From assembly GCF_009914755.1 (NCBI RefSeq), contig NC_060928.1: 64,000 nt of DNA; one strand, given 5' to 3'. The notes beneath the pieces were generated by a model. That model had not been told where the DNA came from, made no database searches, and saw only the letters and a list, made by a program, of their open reading frames with translations. This DNA is from the human T2T-CHM13v2.0 reference genome, Homo sapiens. Of this stretch, positions 55,434 through 64,000 are shown piece by piece. A program made the position numbers and the translations under genes. Within the stretch, counting starts at the first letter, position 1; every line of letters begins with the position of its first letter.

Positions 55434-56213
55434 GTGAGAAGCTCTGAGACTCTGGGTGAAAGGGGAACCTACTTGGCTGTGGAATCACTCACTTCTTCTC
55501 AAAGTTCCTCATGCTGCAGGATCAGAGAAATTTGGGGAGTCACATCTAGACTTTTACATGTCTGACAATTCAATTGTATCTGGCTGTTGGTCGATCTTAG
55601 CATGGTTTAGTTTGGGAGATTTGGCTAGGGGGCAGAAATCTTCCTTTAGAAGGATTCAACACAGCCGGAAAGCCCAAACCGAATGCAGTTGGAATTGGTG
55701 TTTTCCTTGCTGTGGTTTAAAAGTCCAGTTTTAATATGTGTGTCTTTGGCATGAAAAACCAAGCTTCTGGGTATAGTCTGCAAATACTTGGAATCGCTTT
55801 TGTACTGGAAAGTTGCTCTATAGACAAAAGCGCCATGCTAGGGTTTTTCCCCCCGCCTCCTGAACTGGGCAGTTATCCAGGTTTAAATGCTTCCAGCTCC
55901 TATCTTTACTTCCCCAGACTTACTGTCTAGCCAGTTAATTTCCCATTTTGTGCAACTACAAAGTCGCTCTGCATGGAGTTCTCTGCAGGTCAATTTTCCA
56001 CTTGAGTGTGGTAAGCTGCACTGTTATTTATTCCCACTCTGTGCAGCTGGATCAACATATTGTCAAGAAAGCTGAAGTGTGTGGGATATAAGTTGTTTAT
56101 GGCCCTCAACCTGGCACTACTATGAAGGGCTCTTTTGAATTTGAAATCTACCCAAGCCCAGGCTCTTTGTACAACTGGCCAGCATTCACCTTGCCATCAC
56201 TCCTCTCTTTCAG

Positions 56214-56684
56214 GTCCATGAGAACAGCCTGAGCTGCAGTGAACAGCTGAATAGGTGCATTCGCTGGGCAGATGCTGTGGTGATCGTTTTCTCCATCACT
56301 GACTACAAGAGCTATGAACTCATCAGCCAGCTCCACCAGCACGTGCAGCAGCTACACCTGGGCACCCGGCTGCCTGTGGTGGTCGTGGCCAACAAAGCTG
56401 ACCTGTTGCACATCAAACAGGTTGACCCTCAGCTTGGACTGCAGCTAGCCAGCATGCTAGGCTGCTCATTCTATGAAGTGTCTGTCAGTGAAAATTATAA
56501 TGATGTCTACAGCGCCTTCCACGTCCTCTGTAAAGAGGTCAGTCACAAACAGCAGCCTAGCAGTACACCCGAGAAGCGAAGAACCTCCCTCATTCCCAGG
56601 CCCAAGTCACCCAACATGCAGGACCTGAAGAGGAGGTTTAAGCAAGCCCTCTCTGCCAAAGTGAGGACTGTCACCTCCGTCTGA
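56214..56684 (+). CDS. RASL11B: RASL11B coding exon 4 (VHENSLSC...NKAD...EVSVS...KVRTVTSV-stop)
   Basis: Acceptor tcctctctttcAG ending 56213; 156 codons plus TGA; G4 NKAD. Spliced CDS 142+57+77+471 = 747 nt = 248 aa plus stop. Confidence 0.96.
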   Translation, partial: VHENSLSCSEQLNRCIRWADAVVIVFSITDYKSYELISQLHQHVQQLHLGTRLPVVVVANKADLLHIKQVDPQLGLQLASMLGCSFYEVSVSENYNDVYSAFHVLCKEVSHKQQPSSTPEKRRTSLIPRPKSPNMQDLKRRFKQALSAKVRTVTSV

Positions 56685-57716
56685 AGCAGGAGGAGCACTC
56701 AAGGGGGTTTGGTCTTCCCAGGAAGAGGGCCTGAGGTTCTCCTAGTGCAGGAACGTTGAATATTGGCAATGATTCCTGGTTCCAGAAAGGGCTGGAGCAG
56801 AAGGGCCAAGAGGGCCTGTGGAACTGCTACAGAAAAGGAAGTGTTGTTCTGAGCAGGGGGACAGGATTGATGAGGCTTGAAAGAGCCCACTGAGCCACTC
56901 TCTGAATATGTGAAATGTACTCTGTGTCTTTTCCTTTAGAGTGGGGAGGGGGCATAATCGTTTCGGTTTCTGCATTCAACTACCTTGTAAATGGTGGTCC
57001 GTTGCAGTTTCACCAAATGTATTGATGTGATTTACAGTGGGAATGAAAGAACAGATTAAGCATTGATAGGCTTTCTTTTTTCCCCCTTTTTTCTTTTTTC
57101 TCTTTTCTTCTTTCTTTTCCTCTTTTTCCCCAAGAGGAAGAATTGCTTTTCTCTTACCAGTATGATTTGTAACTCTGGAACACTATTCTTACAGAATGCC
57201 TTTCTAACCTGAAGGATACCCAGATTTCTTTCTTTATGTACAAGATGGAAAATCCCCTACCCCTCAAAAACAGGTTGAGTTTATGGGCCAGAATATTTTG
57301 TATACCAGACATTGGTAAGCTCTCATGGTTTACAGGAAGGCTCTGGTTCCCCCTCACAGGATGAGCATGCTCAGTTGGGCGTGTGTGGAGGAGCTGTGAA
57401 CTTCACGCTCTTCAACCCCAGACTTTGACTGTATAGTTTTTTGTTTTTTTAACTGTTCCATCAGGAAAAAAATGTGTCAGTTGATTTTGGTGTGACTTGT
57501 GTAAATGGTTCATGGCAATGACGTTGGGTTGCTTCCTAGGCCTGGCTGAGTTGTGCCTAAGGGTGGCTGAAATACTAAAACACTTATCTTACAGCAAGTG
57601 AACAGGGGCTACCTGCCACATCCCCTCCACAGATGCACTTTAAAAAGCCACTCATGCTTTGGCTTAAACTGTAATTAATTTATTTTATGTACAATAAATC
57701 GCATTTGAAAAAGAGC
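56685..57716 (+). other. RASL11B: RASL11B 3' UTR (end approximate)
   Basis: Repeat-free ~1 kb between the stop codon and AATAAA at 57693-57698. Confidence 0.8.
57693..57698 (+). terminator. RASL11B: Polyadenylation signal of RASL11B
   Basis: AATAAA preceded by an AT-rich tract and TGTA motifs (57670, 57688). Confidence 0.8.
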
Positions 57717-59291
57717 AGATGTCTAACTTCGTCTCTATTGAAACGTTAACTTTCTGCCGTTTAGACAAAGTATGACCTAGTATCCTGTGATTATTGGGCA
57801 CATTGAATCTGGCATTGTGCCTTTCAGGGGTTATCTCTCAAGGATCACAGCAATCCAAGGAGGTGCATTCTAGTATTATCCCCATAATACAGATGAGGAA
57901 ACAGGCTTATAGAACAAGATCAGTAACTTGTCAAAGGCCACAGCCTGTAGCATTGTAAACTGCAATTTGCTGCTTTATATTCAAGAGTAGCTGATCTTCT
58001 ATTCACTAACTTTGTGGTCTTCCAGGTATACCTAAGACAGATGTCTGGCTCCACATAGTCAGCACAGCCTCGAGCGTATTCTTTCTTGGACACTGAGATG
58101 ACTGCTTCTTTACACATGCTTTGTTGGCAGACCTCTTCTTTGGGTATGCTGCTTTCAGGAGATTCACTTTATTCTCACTGTAGAAGCTTGCAGTCATTGA
58201 TCTGGGGCTGTGAAATCAGGAGCCAGTCCCATGGACCTTTGCCACACGTGTCTCGCTAAAGCTGCCAGCTCTCTCATCTATGCCACTTGGGCCTAGAAGC
58301 TCTTTCCTGCAAGCTAAGTGAGCCACCATCTACAGGGGGAAATAATCACAGCTGACATTTCTTTGAGTAGTGCTTTCACATACCTGATCTCATTTAAGGC
58401 CCAGGAGAACCCAGGAGAATACTGTGGGGTATTGACACCATTTTACAGATGAGGAAGACAGGCTCTAAGTTTTGAGTGATGTCTTCAAATTCACACAAAG
58501 GAGCTGAACCAATGCCACCTGACTATATTTACTGTTCTTAGTCTTTTAGAGCATGTCATAGCTAAGACACTCTGGCATGCGTGGGGCGATGGAGCCACAG
58601 TGAATAGCAGTTGAGGGGCTACTGTGGGGTGGTGCCAGGATTTCCAATCAGTGTTCCCACAGGGTACAGATCCTCACAGCTGACAGCGTTTCCAGTGATG
58701 CCTCAAACCTTCCTAATATGCAAGGTAACTTTCTATGCTTTCAGCCTAACCTCATCTCTGAGAAGGGTGTGTGTGTTGGGGGTGGGCAGGGAAACGGCGC
58801 TAACATGGGACTGAAAACATCTCAGTTCAAGGGTAGTGACAAGTATCTCCAACTGGATTCTATTCACTTTTATTTCTATTCAGCCAATGTGGTTGTGTTA
58901 ACAATGTCCAGTGAGTGAGAGGTTGATCTTTATATATTTACTGAAGAGCCCTTCCCCACATTCTGGAATTAAATAAGAGTTTTCCTGCAGGTGGCTTTAT
59001 GCTCCCGAGGCACTGAGCAGTGCTGCACTTCAGTGACCACTGCCGCGCCACCGCCCCCTTTTCTTCCCACCAGCTTCCAGGCTGCAGGGCTCTGGCAGCC
59101 CTTGTCTGCTCCCTTGCTGAGCTGTGAGCTCCACCTTCTCCCTTCCTGGCCCCGCAGCTAGCGATTGCCCCTTACTTCCTCACCCCTGTACTGGACTCAG
59201 TGCCTCCTACTGCACCTTAGACAGGCTGGAAGGGAGCTCAGAGCTCTGGCGCACCCAGAGGGATAAAGTGGCTTGTGCAAGGCCACTCTAG

Positions 59292-59351
59292 GAGAGAGAG
59301 AGTGGGGAGAGAGAGACAGAGAGAGACACACACAGAGGGACAGAGACAGAG
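59292..59351. repeat. Degenerate (GA)n/(CA)n simple repeat
   Basis: GAGAGAGAGAGTGGGGAGAGAGAGACAGAGAGAGACACACACAGAGGGACAGAGACAGAG. Confidence 0.8.
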
Positions 59352-62300
59352 TCGCAGCTGGAAACCACCCAAGTCCCCATTCTGTCCACTCTCTCAGGCG
59401 GACTTGTCTATTTATAGTTCTGGAACACATTTTTCTCTCTTCTAATAAATCTAGCTTTATGTGGTATTACTTTTGCTCATCTCTTTCCTTGTTGGTTAAC
59501 TCTTCAATTAATGTTTTTGTTTTGTTTTGTTTTAAAATTTATGATCTACCACCACCTGGCCCTGAGAAACGACTCTCTCCACCTAGGAAGGGGAAAACCT
59601 CCTTTGCCACCTTGGAAAGGGAAGGCAGGGATGTGTATGCATCTGGGGTACCGGGGAGCAGAGAAAGGGAAGGAGTTCGAATTTACTGAACATTTAAAAC
59701 ACGCCAGATTCTACGTTATCCCCGTTCATCTTTTGAAGAATCCTGTAAGGAAGGGTAGTAATATTGCTTCTATTTTAAAGATAAAGAAACTGAGGCACAG
59801 AGAGATGAAATTTACCTGCTTAGGGCCACATCGGTTATAACAATTATTATTTCTATTTATGGAAAATCTGTGTGCCAGACCCCATAGGAGGGTTTTTGAA
59901 ATAACTGATGTTTGCTGTGATAGCTCTACAATCCATCTTTAGTCTCCTCTTCAGAAAAGCAAAAGGGAGGCTGAGAAGAATTGGCTGGCCCAGGCCCTAA
60001 GGGGCGGATCCAGAACTCCATCCCAGGTCCGTCTGATGCCACTGCCTAAGCCCTGGGCTGATGGCTCAGCAGAGCCCCACCTCGGAGCCCTCCTCTTCCC
60101 TCCCCTGGCCAGGTCTCCTGTCCTGCTGTTCTCATCTCCCCTTTGCTACTGTGGGCTCCTGGATTCTGCCGGGCTCCAGGCCCCCCTGGCTGCCAACCAC
60201 ATCTGCTGTTGCCATCAGCCAGCTGCTCACTGGCCTCCAGCCCTGCTCAGTCATAAAGACGTCCAGGCTGGGAGGGGGAGGGGCGTGCAGTCCGGCTGTC
60301 TCAGAACCAAATCCACTTCTGTCACGATGTCTGGCTTTTGAGTTTCCTCCCTTGCCTCAAATCAAAAACATTCGCAACACTCTGCAGCCTGCCTGGCGCT
60401 GCGTGGTGTGCAGAGAGGGCTCAACCCTCAAAGTCTTCCTGGCTGTTCCCGGCTCCAGCACTCACCAGGCGCCGCAGATCCGGGTTTGCCTGCCCAGCCA
60501 GCTCCTAACCCCAGGTTTAGGAGCCATGGGTGTATTTATGGTGAGCCCCTCGCTTTGGTGGAAAATGAGATTTTGACATTCATCTTACACTCCAAGAGGG
60601 AGAAAACAAATGTGTTTTCTGGGCAAATGAACAAGTTTGTAGGCACATCCCTCAAAAATGAGCCCCTGATAATCTCTGGTGCTACCTCTGCACCCAGGGG
60701 AAATGGGCACTGTCCAGCTGTCTCTGTGGATAACTCATGACAGGTCCCTTGGGGAGTGGCCCAGGATGAATTAGAGAGCTTGTCTGGTTATAATAACCAG
60801 GAAAACTGGTGTTGCACAGATTCCCTTTCAAGTCTAAAGAGAGATGGTTCCAGAAAGTTCTTACTATCCTCACTACTCTCCTGAATTTGCAATGAGAATG
60901 GGATTAGGGTTATTACTGACTGTGGCAAGATCCCAGCCACCACCCTCCAAGCTTTCCCTCTCAAATAGTTTGCAAACCCTCCATCGTCTGGTTTTGTCTT
61001 TTTAAATTCCTTTTAAGACAGAGATGGAGTCTCTTGATGTTTCTTGGGCTGGACAGCAGACATTTGTAATACTGGATTCTGTGTTGTTGAGATTCTGTTT
61101 CTGGTAACCAGGGTAAAATAAATAATAGTGGTCTTGGGGGTAGTTTGATGGAATTCTTTGTTATTGGGATCCCATTGTAATGGAGGGGTGGCATAAACAG
61201 AGCCATCTGCATAGGGCCCGGCCTGCTAGGGACAACTCTTGGCTGATGTAGCCTGGAGTGCTTCCAACCACTTGGCCGTGCCCATGCCCGCTATGTCTGC
61301 CCTGAGGTAGACTCCAGAAGAGGGTTTACAAAGGCAGGAGTCAACTGCTACAAAGTATTTACACTTCTATCAATTATGTTTATAAGGAGTGTGGCCAGTG
61401 AGGTCGCTGGCAGAAGGTTTGGATTTGTAAGTGCTTGTTTAGGTGATAAACACTCAGACCCAGGCCCCAGACAGGGGAAACCAGTCTTATCACTCAGCTC
61501 AGCCTTTTAAGTCACCATCAGGTGGTTGACAGCTGCTGGATCCCTTTCGAATGGATACATTTGGAGGGGTTGAAATGGGAAATCAGTAAGTCCATCTCAG
61601 ATTCTGCCTGACTTCGTGGCTAGCATTAGTGATAGAGAAAGTTCTATCACAGACATATGGCCCTGCATGAGCAATCATCAGACATTTATTACCAATAAAT
61701 TCTTATGTGCTCTGTATGAGCCCACCATGTGCCATGTTCCAAATGCATCACACATATTAACTCTTTTAATTCTCCCCCAACCTAATGTGGCAGGTCCTAT
61801 TGTTACACAACTGCATGGTCAGCGAAGACCAGGAGAGGTGGACTACGAAGTGGAAGAGGTGGGATTGGAATCCAGCCATCGGATTGGGCTCTTGACCTCT
61901 GGGCTATGCTGTCTTGGACCTATGTTGGACCGAGTTGTTATTCCTCCTCCATTTTCTCATCTCCTTGTAGACCCCATGAATGCCTCCAAATTTCCTCTTC
62001 ATTTAGTATTATTCTCCTGTTGACGTTTTATAGTTTTGAGAGGTAACTTCCTTGGCGTCCTCAGTGTGAAAACCCACATTCCTTGAGATTCACATGCTGG
62101 CCACTGTGTTAGGGATGGCTCCACAGCAACCCCCCCATGAGGCAGGTGCCATAGTTATCGTTTCTTACAGATGCAGACACTGAGGCTTGGAGAGATCCAC
62201 AGTGCTTGGAGTGGCAGAACTGGGACTTAGGCCCAGAGAAGCCTTCAGAGCCCTTTTCTGCCTGCTGCTCCTTCCGGGGGTGGAGGGCATGACTTGCTTC

Positions 62301-62796
62301 TCCTCCAGCCTCTCCCATGCTGAGAAGTGTGCCCACGAGCCTGGCAGCAGCAGGGAGTTTCCGGGAGGCTCTGCCATGGCCACAGTCCTCCTTCCCCCAA
62401 GCCCCCCTCTTTTTCCTTATTTGTTGGAGGCCCTTTGCAGGATTTATACCAAATGTCTATTGTGTTCCTGCTTGTTAATCAAGGAGCAGTGAACGTCCTG
62501 TGCCTCCTGCTTCATCTTCACCCAAACTCTGGTTACGAAGAAATTCTTCCAGCTCACCTTTCCTCCAAAGCCTTCCACCACCTGACCACCGGCCTGGCTC
62601 AGCTCCTCAAGCCAGCCTCCAGAGAAGAAAAAGATGACCATAAGCCAAACTTCTGACACTTCTCCCACCATTCACAGACTGCCCCTGACCATACTAATTA
62701 CAGTATGGGGAGCATTTTCAAGACAAAAGAACTGCTGAATAACATTTACAATCAATACCTTCCTCCTTTCATCATTTCAGATTAGAGGCTTCTGAA

Positions 62797-63060
<264 letters not shown>

Positions 63061-63859
63061 TTTAATATTTCTTAAAATAAAAAATTAATTTGTAAAAATA
63101 CAGTTTTCTGCTATGGCCGATTAAAGTCACAAAAGTAATACACAAATACACATTTGCTGTAAAAAAAAATAAAATAATACAAAAGTATACTGAGGGTGAG
63201 ACTCTCCCTTCTCTTAGCTCTCCCATTCGATATTCCTTCCCAGAAGTACCATTATATATGTATTTCCAGAAAGTTTCCTTTGCATATAGACATGCGGTTT
63301 ACAACTTCACCTTCAGTAGATGCTCACGTCGGGCCAGACCATCAGAGAAGCGCCAGCTACTCATTCTGAGTGCCAGAGAGTCAGGGACGCATCTTGTTCT
63401 TTCATCACAGTGGCCCAGAACCTAGCACAGTGCCTGGAACATGGCAGGTGCTCAGTCATCAATCTTTAGGAATGAATGAAGGAGTACAGATTTGAGTCAC
63501 GTAACAGGTTACTTTCCAATTTTTTATTTTAGAAAAGTCGTCTCCTCTTTAACATTTCTTACGGATGGCTACCATTAACTTCCTTATTCAAATTCAACAC
63601 TTTAAGATTAGTAGAATGAAAAAGGCACCTGCGGTCTCCTCTATTTCATGAAAGAACTGATATTATGTGGAAAACATACCTGGGCAAGAAAAGAGTGTCT
63701 GTGTCCACAAAAATCCTGCTTTGATTACATCTTAAAATAATCTCCAACTTCATGGTTCTTTCAAAAATGACAGTGTTTTATAGAGAACTAAAATCAGAGA
63801 CATGTGAGTGTTTTGGTTTACATGTTATTTCCTCCACCTGTGTAATCCACAATAAAAAC

Positions 63860-64000
63860 CTTTTCAGTTTTATCTCTTTATTACCAACATGGATGCCAGA
63901 AACTTCCATCGACCATACACCTACAAACATGTGGGTTGCAAGTGGTTCGTTTTTGCCCTGGAGTTCTTACAAAGTTTCACTAGGTGGGTCTAGGTTTTTC
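63860..64000 (-). other. Probable 3' UTR end of a convergent minus-strand gene (likely SCFD2)
   Basis: Minus-strand AATAAA (TTTATT at 63877-63882) followed on the minus strand by a GU/U-rich element (GGTTTTTATTGTGG). The identity rests only on recalled gene order next to RASL11B. Confidence 0.5.

Noticed and set aside
56277-56684. 135-aa ORF as a stand-alone gene
   Set aside because: It is part of RASL11B exon 4, which begins at the acceptor at 56214; the listed start is an internal GTG.

Overview
Human/primate genomic DNA, not prokaryotic. The gene content places it at the RASL11B locus (human 4q12, from recall). The only complete protein-coding gene is RASL11B (+ strand): a CpG-island promoter, four coding exons (53387-53528, 54147-54203, 55357-55433, 56214-56684) that splice to a 248-aa atypical Ras-like GTPase, and AATAAA at 57693. 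The last ~140 bp probably hold the 3' end of a convergent minus-strand gene (likely SCFD2). The ~53 kb upstream is intergenic and rich in transposable elements. It contains a full-length human-specific L1 of the pre-Ta type (7334-13378, 14-bp TSD; ORF1 and ORF2 broken, antisense ORF0 intact), a solo HERV-H LTR7 with a 5-bp TSD (25671-26057), about 16 Alus (one nested in another), a twin-primed inverted L1PB, MLT/MST/ERVL LTRs, MER2, L2/MIR relics and microsatellites. I found no evidence for a new multi-gene system. The best leads are regulatory or transposon-derived: the LTR7 with a SOX2/3-type motif upstream of RASL11B, the dead-but-partly-intact L1, a re-splicing-prone exon 3, a bidirectional poly(A) site and a candidate lncRNA terminal exon. 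Repeat subfamily calls come from recalled consensus sequences, and old-repeat boundaries are approximate.
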